Source: an uncultured Planctomycetia bacterium
GTDB taxonomy: Bacteria; Omnitrophota; Gorgyraeia; Pluralincolimonadales; Pluralincolimonadaceae
Length of the DNA stretch: 64,000 nt
NCBI GenBank assembly: GCA_964650515.1
Contig: CAZYUB010000007.1
Location: 20,837 to 84,836, forward strand
Reading direction: 5' to 3'
This document shows positions 46,359 through 55,255 of the stretch, in pieces. The notes beneath the pieces were generated by a model that made no database searches, was not told the DNA's origin, and saw nothing but the letters and a program-made list of their open reading frames with translations. The position numbers and the translations under genes were made by a program. Numbering within the stretch: position 1 is the first letter of the stretch; every line of letters begins with the position of its first letter.

Positions 46359-48457
46359 CTTATCCGTATCCTGTTATAGTATCTGTTCAGCGGGCTGTCA
46401 ATGTATTTCGTATTGTTCCAGACCATGTCCGCGTGGACGAGCGAATACGCCCCGGCTTCGATCCCCGACACGAACCTCGACGGGTCCCAGATCCCGAGCA
46501 TCCATAACCGGTCCATTATGTACGGTTCGAAGACCGGGCCCTTGCCGGCGATTATGGCTACGGAGGCGTCTTCGGCCATTACGTATTTATCGGTGCCTTC
46601 GGCGGCCCGCATTGCTTTATCTTTCGTCGTTTTTTCCGCCGCGAAATAATCTCCCGGGAACGCCGGGATATCCTTCCAGAAGAACGGGTTAGACCCGGGC
46701 ACCGGCAGGTTCATTAACGCGAAGATGCACAGGAGCGCGCCCACGGCCGCTTTCCTGCCTTTTGTGAGGCCGGCAACGGAAATGAGCGAACCGGACAGCA
46801 GAAGCAGCCATATATACGCCTCGATGAAATAATTCGTGTCGGAGCCGACCCTGGAACCCGCGACGAGGATATAGGCCATCGAGGCCGCGAGGCCGGCCGA
46901 CAGGAAGGCGGCCCTTATCCTTTCCGCCGGCGGCATGCCGCGTAAGCGAAAACATATCATTACGGCTATTAATAAGGGCCATGTTTCCGAAATGAAACGC
47001 TTCAGTAGCGCGATCCCGAGGCCCGGATCCAACTCGGTAAATTTCAGCATAATCCCGAAGGCCTGGGACGCGAATTGCCCCGCGGTCGCGGCCTGCCATA
47101 CGGAGAACATCGCCGCGGTCAATGCCGCGAACAAAAGGGCCGCCTTCAGCGCGGGCCGCCCGGTGTAAGCCCAATACGCGAACAGTACCGCGGCCGGTAC
47201 GGCTATCATCGATTTCGTGAAGAACGCCAGGCAAAGCAGGGCGGAGGACGCGGCCATTTTAGGCGCGCCGGCCCCGTTTTCGAGCCCTATATAAAGGGCG
47301 AGGCAGATGAAGAACGTCTCAAGCATATCCACGCGGTAGAGGTTCCCCCAGTAGGCGACCGCGTTTATAGAAAGGAATAAGAGGAAGAATACCGCCGCCC
47401 AGGGCCGCCCGCCGCACCGTTTCGAGGCATTCATCCCCAACAATACGGCGATGCCGCATGCCGAGAGCAGGCTTATGATGCGGCCGGCTTCCAGGCCGAG
47501 GCCGGATAACTTATGCACCCATCCCGCGGCGATATAGAAGACCGGCGCGTACGCCGTCGGCCAGTACGGCCATTGGTTATGATCGGGATAGTACCCGAGC
47601 GACTGCGACCAGAAGTTGGACGCCCACATCGCGCCCTCGACGATATTTATCGAATACGGGTAGCGCGAGGCCGCCAGGGAATAGTAAATGAAATACGCGA
47701 GGTTCAGCAGGAGCAGAAGGATGAGCGCCGTATGCCCGGGAGGAAGGGCCCTTCCCGCGATGCCGATAAGCCCCGCGAGGTTCCTGATATCCGACCTAAT
47801 TAGCGACGCCTTCGAGCCGGGAGTATACGACCATTCGATCGGGACTTCCTTAATATCCATTCCCGCGCGCCGCGCCTCATACAGGATCTCCGCGTCTATA
47901 AGGGAGCCGCTTGACCCGCACAACGGCATTATTTCCCTGAGCCGCGCTGTCCTGAAAACCTTGAGGCCGCAGAACGGGTCCGTTACGGGAAGGCCGGTGA
48001 AAGATCTCACTGCGCCCGCCGCGAGCGCGCTGTTTATCCTTCTCGATAAAGGGGCGGGGGATGTTATCTTCGAGCCCGGCATCCTCCTCGAGCCGGCGAC
48101 GATATCATGGCCTTGCGCGAGCTTCAGGAGCTTCTCCGTTTCCTCCGGGCAGACTGAGCCGTCGATATCCGCGAAAGCCATAAGCGGGGCCGTTACGCTC
48201 TTCAGGGCTTCGGCGAGCGCGCGGCCTTTGCCCTTCTGCGGTATTTCTATGTACCTGATGTTCGCTGAATCCCGCGCAATGCCCTCCAGGACGTCCGCGG
48301 TCCCGTCGGTGCTGCCGTTTACGACGACGAGTATCGAATATTCCCCGCGCCCGTAGCGTTCCGCGAAATACCTGTCGTATCTCTCGACCGTGCGGTATTC
48401 CGGGAGACGTTTCGCCTCGTTGTAAGCCGGGAAGACGATCTCGAATTTAGGCGCCAT
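46355..48457 (-). CDS. Fusion of a GT2 polyprenyl-phosphate sugar synthase-like domain with a 12-TM GT-C-like membrane domain
   Basis: N-terminal GT-A motifs (NEA, DGT, ADIDGS), then about 450 aa polytopic. Confidence 0.65.
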   Translation of the reverse strand: MAPKFEIVFPAYNEAKRLPEYRTVERYDRYFAERYGRGEYSILVVVNGSTDGTADVLEGIARDSANIRYIEIPQKGKGRALAEALKSVTAPLMAFADIDGSVCPEETEKLLKLAQGHDIVAGSRRMPGSKITSPAPLSRRINSALAAGAVRSFTGLPVTDPFCGLKVFRTARLREIMPLCGSSGSLIDAEILYEARRAGMDIKEVPIEWSYTPGSKASLIRSDIRNLAGLIGIAGRALPPGHTALILLLLLNLAYFIYYSLAASRYPYSINIVEGAMWASNFWSQSLGYYPDHNQWPYWPTAYAPVFYIAAGWVHKLSGLGLEAGRIISLLSACGIAVLLGMNASKRCGGRPWAAVFFLLFLSINAVAYWGNLYRVDMLETFFICLALYIGLENGAGAPKMAASSALLCLAFFTKSMIAVPAAVLFAYWAYTGRPALKAALLFAALTAAMFSVWQAATAGQFASQAFGIMLKFTELDPGLGIALLKRFISETWPLLIAVMICFRLRGMPPAERIRAAFLSAGLAASMAYILVAGSRVGSDTNYFIEAYIWLLLLSGSLISVAGLTKGRKAAVGALLCIFALMNLPVPGSNPFFWKDIPAFPGDYFAAEKTTKDKAMRAAEGTDKYVMAEDASVAIIAGKGPVFEPYIMDRLWMLGIWDPSRFVSGIEAGAYSLVHADMVWNNTKYIDSPLNRYYNRIRIR

Positions 48458-49097
48458 CGCTCGTTATCCTTCCGCCCTCCATCACGATAGTGCGGCCGCA
48501 TATCTTTTTTATGCTCCCGGTGTCGTTTGACACGAAGAATATCGTCTTGCCGGCCCTTTTCAGTTCGGAGAGTTTCTTGAAACACTGTTCCTGGAAACCG
48601 GTATCGCCGACAGCGAGGACCTCGTCTATAAGCAAAATACCGCCGTCAATATGGACAGCGACGGAGAAGGATACCCTGGATATCATGCCATGGGAGAGCT
48701 TGAGCACCTGCGCGTCGACCATCTCGCGTACGCCGGCGAAATCCACGATATCATCGAAGATCTTCTTCGCGTTCTTCCTCTTAATGCCGAATACGGCGGA
48801 AAGAAGGTATATGTTCTCCTTGACGCTCAGGTTGAAATTCAACGCGCCCTCGACCCTTATGAGCGGCACGACCCTGCCGTTTACCGCGGCCTTTCCGGAC
48901 GTCGGTTCCGTGATTCCGGCGATGAGCCGCATAAGCGTCGTCTTGCCGGAGCCGTTGGGCCCGGTGACGCCCACCGATTCGCCGCGGTCCACGGAAAAGG
49001 AGACGTCTTTCAGCGCCCAGAGGTAGTCATTCCTGCTGAAGTAATATTCGCCCTTATGGAACCTCTTGCTGACATTCCTGAATTCTACGGTTTTCAT
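48447..49097 (-). CDS. ABC transporter ATP-binding protein (Wzt/TagH-like polysaccharide export)
   Basis: Walker A GPNGSGKTT, signature LSHGM, Walker B LIDE. Confidence 0.85.
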   Translation of the reverse strand: MKTVEFRNVSKRFHKGEYYFSRNDYLWALKDVSFSVDRGESVGVTGPNGSGKTTLMRLIAGITEPTSGKAAVNGRVVPLIRVEGALNFNLSVKENIYLLSAVFGIKRKNAKKIFDDIVDFAGVREMVDAQVLKLSHGMISRVSFSVAVHIDGGILLIDEVLAVGDTGFQEQCFKKLSELKRAGKTIFFVSNDTGSIKKICGRTIVMEGGRITSDGA

Positions 49098-49933
49098 GGC
49101 GCTAGTATGTCCGCTATGTTCTTTTCGCTTGCTTTGAATATATAGTACCCGGCAACGAAGACCGTTATTGATATCACCGAAGCTATCGTGATGGAAAGCA
49201 GGTCCGGCGCGCAGTTATGCAACAGCGCCTTCCTGTAGCCGTCGAGGATCCCGGCCATCGGGTTAAGGAAATAATACGGCAGCAGCGCCTTGTCGACCAT
49301 GCCGACCGGGTATCCGACGGGCGAGGCGAGCATCCAGACCTGGAGCAGTATGGGCATCGCGCTTTGTATGTCGCGGAAATAGACGTTCAACACCGAGACG
49401 ATAAGGCACACGCCTATCGTGAACATCAAATGCACCGCAAATACCGGGACCACGTACAGGGCGTTTATCCCCACCGGATAGCCGTAAAGCGCGAATACCG
49501 CCGCAAGCAGCGCGGAAGATACCATGAAGTCCGCGAGCGTCGCGAGCACGGAGCCGAGCGGCACGGTTATCTTGGGGAAGTTGATCCTCGTTATCAGGTT
49601 GAAATTGGAGTTGAGGCAGTTGACCGCGAAACCCACCGAGGACGAGAAGAATATCCACGGGACTATCGCGGTGAAAGCGAAGACCGGATACGGCGCGCCT
49701 TCCGACTGCACGCCAGCGACCTTCGAGAATACGACGGTGAACACCGCCATCGTCATCAGCGGGTTGATTACGGCCCACGCGGCCCTGAGGTACCTTTGCT
49801 TGTACCTTTGCTTGAGGTTGACGAGGCCGAAGGCGATTATGAGCTCGTGCCAGTTCCTGATGCTTGATAAGAGAGAAAATGGGTTAGGCATTTTGATGTA
49901 ATTCATTATATTACAAATATATGCGGGGTTCAA
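49094..49933 (-). CDS. ABC-2 type transporter permease (Wzm/TagG-like)
   Basis: 6 TM segments; ABC-2 family pattern. Confidence 0.8.
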   Translation of the reverse strand: MNPAYICNIMNYIKMPNPFSLLSSIRNWHELIIAFGLVNLKQRYKQRYLRAAWAVINPLMTMAVFTVVFSKVAGVQSEGAPYPVFAFTAIVPWIFFSSSVGFAVNCLNSNFNLITRINFPKITVPLGSVLATLADFMVSSALLAAVFALYGYPVGINALYVVPVFAVHLMFTIGVCLIVSVLNVYFRDIQSAMPILLQVWMLASPVGYPVGMVDKALLPYYFLNPMAGILDGYRKALLHNCAPDLLSITIASVISITVFVAGYYIFKASEKNIADILAP

Positions 49934-49965
49934 TAGGGCTTGAAACGGCCGGCCTCAGGCAGGAG

Positions 49966-50748
49966 TCAGAACTTATAGCAGCTCTTTAACTGGAAGTACT
50001 GCCCCTTAGGCGCGTTCTCGGTATGGGTGTCGTAGAGGTACGTGAAAGAGAAGCTCATCCCCCTTATCCGCGTGTAGATATCCCCCCCGACGGAAAACGT
50101 CCTGCGCCCGCTGTTCTTTATCTTGACGCCGTCGCGCCTCTGCTCGCTGCTCATCATCCAGTTTACGGAAGGGCCCATCTTGAGGTTTTTTGCGACGTTA
50201 TACCCGAGGAGATACTGGAGATGGAGCTCATCGCCCGGCGCGATATCCTTGTCGTTCTCGAGCCGGAAATAGTATTTTGCCGCGGCGTCCATGCTGAAAT
50301 CATTTATCGTCTTACTGAAGAATACGACGGGCCTTATGTCGACCTGGTGCGTGCCGTAATTCGTGCTCTTGTCCGAGGCGTATTCGCCGGTAGGCATCTT
50401 TACAAACAGCATAGGCAGGACATCGACTTCCTTGATTGGCAGGAAGTAGCCCGCGCCGGCTGTAGCGTCGCCGAGGCCCCATGAACTCTTGTCCGTAGGA
50501 CGGACCCGTACGCCGCCCGCGGGAAGCAGGGCCGTCACGACGAAGTCCGGGGAATAATAACAGAATCGCAGCAGCTCCTCCGCTTTCAGGAGCTTGTCGG
50601 CCGCATAGACGGAGGAGTAGGTCAGGAAATAGAGGCCTTTCGGCGCACGGGCACCGTCATAGAAGTTTACGGCATGGGAGATATCTGGTATTATAATCAT
50701 CAGGGCGGCGGCGATTGCCGAAGCATAAGACAGGGCTTTAATGCGCAT
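49966..50748 (-). CDS. Outer membrane beta-barrel protein (MetA-pathway/transporter-like OMP family candidate)
   Basis: True start at ATG 50748 (MRIKALSYASAIAAALMII) with an AGGAGG ribosome-binding site. The track ORF is over-extended to 51189, across hemW. C-terminal aromatic residue F. Confidence 0.6.
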   Translation of the reverse strand: MRIKALSYASAIAAALMIIIPDISHAVNFYDGARAPKGLYFLTYSSVYAADKLLKAEELLRFCYYSPDFVVTALLPAGGVRVRPTDKSSWGLGDATAGAGYFLPIKEVDVLPMLFVKMPTGEYASDKSTNYGTHQVDIRPVVFFSKTINDFSMDAAAKYYFRLENDKDIAPGDELHLQYLLGYNVAKNLKMGPSVNWMMSSEQRRDGVKIKNSGRRTFSVGGDIYTRIRGMSFSFTYLYDTHTENAPKGQYFQLKSCYKF

Positions 50749-50802
50749 TGTAAACCTCCTGTATATTAAGTGGTTTACAATTATATAACAACCGGGTGAA
50801 AT

Positions 50803-51930
50803 ATGCAAAAGATATCGCTGTATATACACATCCCATTCTGCGCGAGGAAGTGCGCTTATTGCGATTTCTACAGCGTCGTGTATGATAAGTCCACCGCGGA
50901 TGCCTATATAGATGTCCTCTGCGCGCAAATAGGGAAGATAGACAGGCCGGTCTCGACGGTATTCATCGGCGGGGGGACGCCGACGGTGCTTGAGGTGCCG
51001 ATGATTAGGAAACTGCTGCGCTGCCTCGGGAAGCTTCCCGTGAGGGGCGCGGAGTTCACCGTTGAGGCGAACCCGGAGAGTTTGACCGCGGACAAGATAA
51101 ACCTGTTCCTCGACGAAGGCGTCAACCGGATCAGCATCGGCGTGCAGTCGTTCCGGGACGGCAAGCTCAGGAAGCTTGGCCGCATACATGATTCGAAGAA
51201 GGCAAGGAACGCTGTCCTCTCGGCGGCGAAGAAGGGATTCAGGAACATAAATGCGGACCTGATCTTTGGGGCCCCCGGCGAGGCATTCGAGGAATGCGCC
51301 GCGGAATTCGACGAGGCGGCGGGCCTGCCGTTAACGCACATATCGTGCTATTGCCTGTCGTATGAGAAGGGCACGCCGTTATACGAGGCGAAAAAGAAGG
51401 GCGATGTGGCACCGGTCGAAGATGAATACGCGGCGCAGATGTATTCCTACGCGATGGATTTTCTGCCTAAGAAAGGTTTCAGGCATTACGAGGTCTCGAA
51501 TTTCGCCAAGAAGGGGTATGCCTGCAGGCACAACATCAACTACTGGGAGAACAACGAATATATCGGCCTCGGAGCGTCGGCGGTCACCTATACCGGCGGC
51601 GACAGGATGAGGTACATCCCGGACGTAAAGGAGTATATGGAGAAGGCCTCTTCGGGCGGACGTGCGTTCGTTTCATCGGAGCACCTTATCGGCGAGCGCA
51701 AGGCGAGGGAGACCGCTGCAGTCAAGATCAGGACCGCGGAAGGGATAGATTTCCGCCGGTTCAGGGAGAAGACCGGTTGCGACCTTATGAAACTGGAATC
51801 CGCCGCCATACGCAAGCTCTGCGACGCGGGCCTTGTAAAATTCAGGATGTCCAAATGCAGGAAGGCGGGCATTGCGCTGACGAAGAAAGGGTTTCTTTTC
51901 TGCGACACGGTATCAAGCGAACTGTTGTAG
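50803..51930 (+). CDS. hemW: Radical SAM heme chaperone HemW (HemN-like oxygen-independent coproporphyrinogen oxidase family)
   Basis: LYIHIPFCARKCAYCDF motif. Confidence 0.9.
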   Translation: MQKISLYIHIPFCARKCAYCDFYSVVYDKSTADAYIDVLCAQIGKIDRPVSTVFIGGGTPTVLEVPMIRKLLRCLGKLPVRGAEFTVEANPESLTADKINLFLDEGVNRISIGVQSFRDGKLRKLGRIHDSKKARNAVLSAAKKGFRNINADLIFGAPGEAFEECAAEFDEAAGLPLTHISCYCLSYEKGTPLYEAKKKGDVAPVEDEYAAQMYSYAMDFLPKKGFRHYEVSNFAKKGYACRHNINYWENNEYIGLGASAVTYTGGDRMRYIPDVKEYMEKASSGGRAFVSSEHLIGERKARETAAVKIRTAEGIDFRRFREKTGCDLMKLESAAIRKLCDAGLVKFRMSKCRKAGIALTKKGFLFCDTVSSELL

Positions 51931-51935
51931 GGGCA

Positions 51936-51964
51936 TTGAATCTGCCCGGTTCCCATGGTATAAT
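51936..51964 (+). promoter_or_regulatory. Promoter TTGAAT-17-(TGG)TATAAT upstream of bioY
   Basis: Extended -10 TGGTATAAT at 51956-51964. Confidence 0.5.
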
Positions 51965-51994
51965 TGTAAACAATAAAAATAATGGAGGTAGACA

Positions 51995-52576
51995 ATGAAC
52001 ACGATAGCAATAAGCAGGAGCCGTTTCGCTGCGGAGAGGCTCGTACTGTCGTTCGTGATGGCGGGGATCGTTGCGCTTCTCGCGCAGATCAGGATACCGC
52101 TTCCGTGGACGCCCGTCCCGATAACCGGGTCTACGCTCGGCGCGATCTTCGCCGGTGTACTTCTCGGCGACGTCTGGGGCGGCGTCAGCATGTTGCTGTA
52201 CCTTACGCTCGGCGCGGCCGGGCTTCCGGTGTTTACGGGTTTTAAGGGCGGGCCGGAGGTATTCTACGGGCCGACCGCCGGATACCTGCTTGGTTATGTC
52301 GTGACAGCTTTTGCTATCGGGCATATAACGGACAATTACCCAAAGGCAAGGGGATTCCTGCCGCTGCTCGGAATAATGACGGCTTTCAGCGCGCTGATAT
52401 TACTGCTCGGGTCGGCATACCTGGGTGTCTGGCTTCGCGCCGTGACGGGCCGTGAAGCCGGGTTCACCGAACTGTTTACGATGGGTTTCCTGCCGTTCAT
52501 CCCGGGCGATATAATAAAATCGTTCGCAGCCGCCGCTATCGCGGGATTGATAACCCCCAAGGAGTCGTATAAGTAG
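51995..52576 (+). CDS. bioY: BioY family biotin transporter (ECF S-component)
   Basis: RIPLPWTPVPITGSTLGAIFAGVLLG motif. Confidence 0.9.
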   Translation: MNTIAISRSRFAAERLVLSFVMAGIVALLAQIRIPLPWTPVPITGSTLGAIFAGVLLGDVWGGVSMLLYLTLGAAGLPVFTGFKGGPEVFYGPTAGYLLGYVVTAFAIGHITDNYPKARGFLPLLGIMTAFSALILLLGSAYLGVWLRAVTGREAGFTELFTMGFLPFIPGDIIKSFAAAAIAGLITPKESYK

Positions 52577-52640
52577 CAAGCAAGGAGCCATCCTCCAGGG
52601 GGCTGCGAAGCGTCCCTCGCGCAAAATAATTTGAAAGAAA

Positions 52641-52686
52641 ATCACCTCCTTTTTCATCTATTAGGCATAGAGAAAAAGGAGGTTTT
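52641..52686 (+). promoter_or_regulatory. Stem-loop sequestering the ribosome-binding site of the transposase gene (CCTCCTTTTTC ... GAAAAAGGAGG)
   Basis: The right arm contains the GGAGG ribosome-binding site 6 nt before ATG 52689. IS200 is known to use an analogous structure. Confidence 0.5.
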
Positions 52687-52688
52687 TC

Positions 52689-53273
52689 ATGCCAAGAAAA
52701 CCCAGACATTTGGTTGATAACGGTTTTTATCATATCATGAGCAGGGGCCACAACAAGTGTGAGCTGTTTTATTCGCGAAAGGATTACGAGAAGTATAAGA
52801 ACTTAATCGTTGAATATAAACAAAAGTTTCCTTGCGATATCTACCACTATTGTTTTATGCCGAATCACGTCCATATTGTATTAAAAATAATACGCGGAGA
52901 TGATCTACCGGAACTCATGCAGCGGATTAATCAGGGTTATGCTCGGTATAACAAGAGACTGCGCGGAACAGTCGGAAATCTATTTCAGGGGAGATATAAG
53001 GGCCTTATCATCGAAACGGAGGGGTATTTACTGGAGTGCGGCAGATATATAGAAAGAAATCCATTAAAATCAGGATTAGAGAGCAACCTGCTGCGGTATC
53101 CTTTTTCCAGCTTCAGTTTCTATGTGAAAGGGGATAGAGATGAAATATTGACTCCAAACCCGCTGTATTTAGAGTTGTCCCGCTCCGAAGAGGAGAGGAG
53201 GAGGATTTATGCAGAGTATGTACTCAAGGAAAGGATGGAAGAGCATGTTAAGAGCATTAACTCAGGATCATAG
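52689..53273 (+). CDS. tnpA: IS200-like / REP-associated tyrosine transposase (HUH Y1)
   Basis: HUH motif PNHVHIV with upstream YHIMSRGH and catalytic Tyr region (RYIERNPLK). Confidence 0.85.
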   Translation: MPRKPRHLVDNGFYHIMSRGHNKCELFYSRKDYEKYKNLIVEYKQKFPCDIYHYCFMPNHVHIVLKIIRGDDLPELMQRINQGYARYNKRLRGTVGNLFQGRYKGLIIETEGYLLECGRYIERNPLKSGLESNLLRYPFSSFSFYVKGDRDEILTPNPLYLELSRSEEERRRIYAEYVLKERMEEHVKSINSGS

Positions 53274-53443
53274 CGCACCATTTAGGGGCAAGAGCTGAGG
53301 GTGTCCCCCCGGAGGATGGCTCCTTCGTATTTTTTTGTTGACAAGTTATTGTGATTATGATAACTATAATACAAAATATATAAATCATAAGAATGGCAGT
53401 TATGGTAATTACAATAACTCTGTGAGGGAAGAAGCTCTATAAT

Positions 53444-53713
53444 ATGGGCCTAAAGCAGAAGCTTATATCCGCGCAGGAGATCATCAAGAAGTACGGCATA
53501 ACCTACCAGACCGTCAACCACTACACGAATTTCGGGCTTATCAACGTAATCACCAAGAAATCGAACGTCCGGCTTTACGACGAGGAAGAGGTGGACCGCC
53601 GCCTCACGAAGATAATCCAGCTCGCCGGAGCGGGATTCCCGCTGCGCCTTATCAGGAAGACGCTCAACGACGAGCTCGCGGTGAAGGTCAACACAGGGAC
53701 GGGTGGCGCATGA
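53444..53713 (+). CDS. MerR-type HTH domain-only protein
   Basis: ISAQEIIKKYGITYQTVNHYTNFGLI; ATGA overlap with the downstream ATPase gene. Confidence 0.55.
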   Translation: MGLKQKLISAQEIIKKYGITYQTVNHYTNFGLINVITKKSNVRLYDEEEVDRRLTKIIQLAGAGFPLRLIRKTLNDELAVKVNTGTGGA

Positions 53714-54579
53714 GCTACTTCAAGATACTCGGATTGGAGAAAGAGCCGTTCTCGACAAGCCCCGACCCTGAGTTCTTCTACCAGTCGCCGGAGCATAAGT
53801 CGGCGCTTTACCGGCTGCGCATAGCCATAGAGCTCAGGAGAGGGCTGAGCTTAGTTCTCGGAGATGTCGGGACCGGCAAGACGACGTTGAGCAGGAAACT
53901 CTCGCAGCTTTTGGCCGAAGACCCGGGCCTCGTGATGGCGATGGTCCTTAATCCCGTATATGAATCTGAAAAACAATTTTTAGCGGACCTTTCGGAGCGC
54001 TTCCATATTGTGGTGGATTCGGGGAATGGGAGCGCTCCAACGTTATTGGACTACATGAAGTCGTTCGAGAAGTTCCTGTTCGAGAAGGGAGTGCAGGAGG
54101 ACAAGACGATAGTCCTGCTCATCGATGAATCCCAGAAGCTCAGCGACCCGTGCATGGAGATCCTGCGCGCGCTGCTGAACTACGAGACGAACGAGTACAA
54201 GATCCTGCAACTCGTGCTTATGGGCCAGATGGAGCTCCTGCCGCGGATAAGCAGGATAAACAACCTCTGGGACAGGATTGCGGTCAAGTATTTCATAAAC
54301 CCGCTCGAGGAAGACGAGGTCCGGGAGCTTATAAATTTCCGCCTGCATAAGGCGGGGTATGTCTCGAGAGAGCCGCTCTTCGATGATGCGGCCGTAAGGG
54401 CGGTCTTTAACCATACGCAGGGATATCCGCGCAAGATCGCGATGCTCTGCCACGACGCGCTCGAATATACCGTGATGTACAACAAGCACTGCGTCGACAG
54501 GCAGGTCATACATGACCTTATCCAACGCGAGATGAAAGCGGCGCAGGCATTCCGCTATGTCTCGCAGGCGGCGGGCTGA
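53710..54579 (+). CDS. ExeA/GspA-like AAA ATPase (AAA_22; resembles PEP-CTERM-locus secretion ATPase subfamily)
   Basis: Walker A GDVGTGKTT, Walker B LLIDESQ. About 290 aa, no peptidoglycan-binding tail. Confidence 0.6.
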   Translation: MSYFKILGLEKEPFSTSPDPEFFYQSPEHKSALYRLRIAIELRRGLSLVLGDVGTGKTTLSRKLSQLLAEDPGLVMAMVLNPVYESEKQFLADLSERFHIVVDSGNGSAPTLLDYMKSFEKFLFEKGVQEDKTIVLLIDESQKLSDPCMEILRALLNYETNEYKILQLVLMGQMELLPRISRINNLWDRIAVKYFINPLEEDEVRELINFRLHKAGYVSREPLFDDAAVRAVFNHTQGYPRKIAMLCHDALEYTVMYNKHCVDRQVIHDLIQREMKAAQAFRYVSQAAG

Positions 54580-55255
54580 TATGGCTGACACCGTATCTCC
54601 CGAAGAGAAGCTCTTTAATATGATCAAGGAAGGGAAGGATTCCGGCTCCGGCGGTGGAGTTTCAAAACCGAAGAATTCCTCGGCAGCACTCGGGGGGATA
54701 AAGAAATTCTTCGGATCTTTGAAACTTCACCCCGGCGCTAATAAGCAGGATGCCGCCTCCGCATCCGCGGCGCCCCGGATAGAGATAGACCCGGGGTCGG
54801 TGAACAGGGTGCTGTCGGTAGTCCTGCTGGCGGTCGCGAGCTTCTTCGTATATTACCTTTTCAGCACGCGGCCGGACGCGGAGAAGATAATAAAATCCGT
54901 CCCGAAAACGGATACGTCCCTGAAGGCCGAGGTCGAGAGGTTCGCGCCGCTCGAATCGTACCTCGCGGAGACGCGGAGGAGGAATATCTTCAAGCCGGCG
55001 CCGAAAGACGAGGCAAAAGGAGCGCCGACATCAAGAGAGGCGATGGAAAAACTGAAAGAAGCCGCCCGTGACCTGAAGGTTGTGGGGATCTCCTGGGGAG
55101 AGACCCCGAAGGCGCTGATCCGAAGCGAAAGGGACAAGACGACATATTTCCTGAAGCAGGGCCAGCAGGTCGGCACGACGGACGTGGATATAAGGTCTAT
55201 AACAAAGCAGAAGGTCACTATAGGATACAAGACGGAAGAATTTGAACTGCCTTAA
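54557..55255 (+). CDS. Single-pass membrane protein with C-terminal PilP/GspC homology-region-like beta domain
   Basis: TM segment VLSVVLLAVASFFVYYLF; C-terminal YFLKQGQQVGTTDVDIRSITKQKVTIGYKTEEFEL. Confidence 0.4.
   Translation: MSRRRRADMADTVSPEEKLFNMIKEGKDSGSGGGVSKPKNSSAALGGIKKFFGSLKLHPGANKQDAASASAAPRIEIDPGSVNRVLSVVLLAVASFFVYYLFSTRPDAEKIIKSVPKTDTSLKAEVERFAPLESYLAETRRRNIFKPAPKDEAKGAPTSREAMEKLKEAARDLKVVGISWGETPKALIRSERDKTTYFLKQGQQVGTTDVDIRSITKQKVTIGYKTEEFELP

Larger units (their letters stand above)
52584..53323 (+). mobile_element. REP-flanked IS200/IS605-family Y1 transposase (RAYT-type) unit
   Basis: Inverted REP copies at 52584-52603 and 53296-53323 bracket the tnpA-like gene; the interior is AT-rich. 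Confidence 0.7.

Noticed and set aside
49966-51189. 407-aa minus-strand ORF in the track
   Set aside because: Only the C-terminal 261 aa (from MRIKAL, ATG 50748, with an AGGAGG ribosome-binding site) look like a real OMP. The N-terminal extension is GC-frame noise overlapping the hemW start region.
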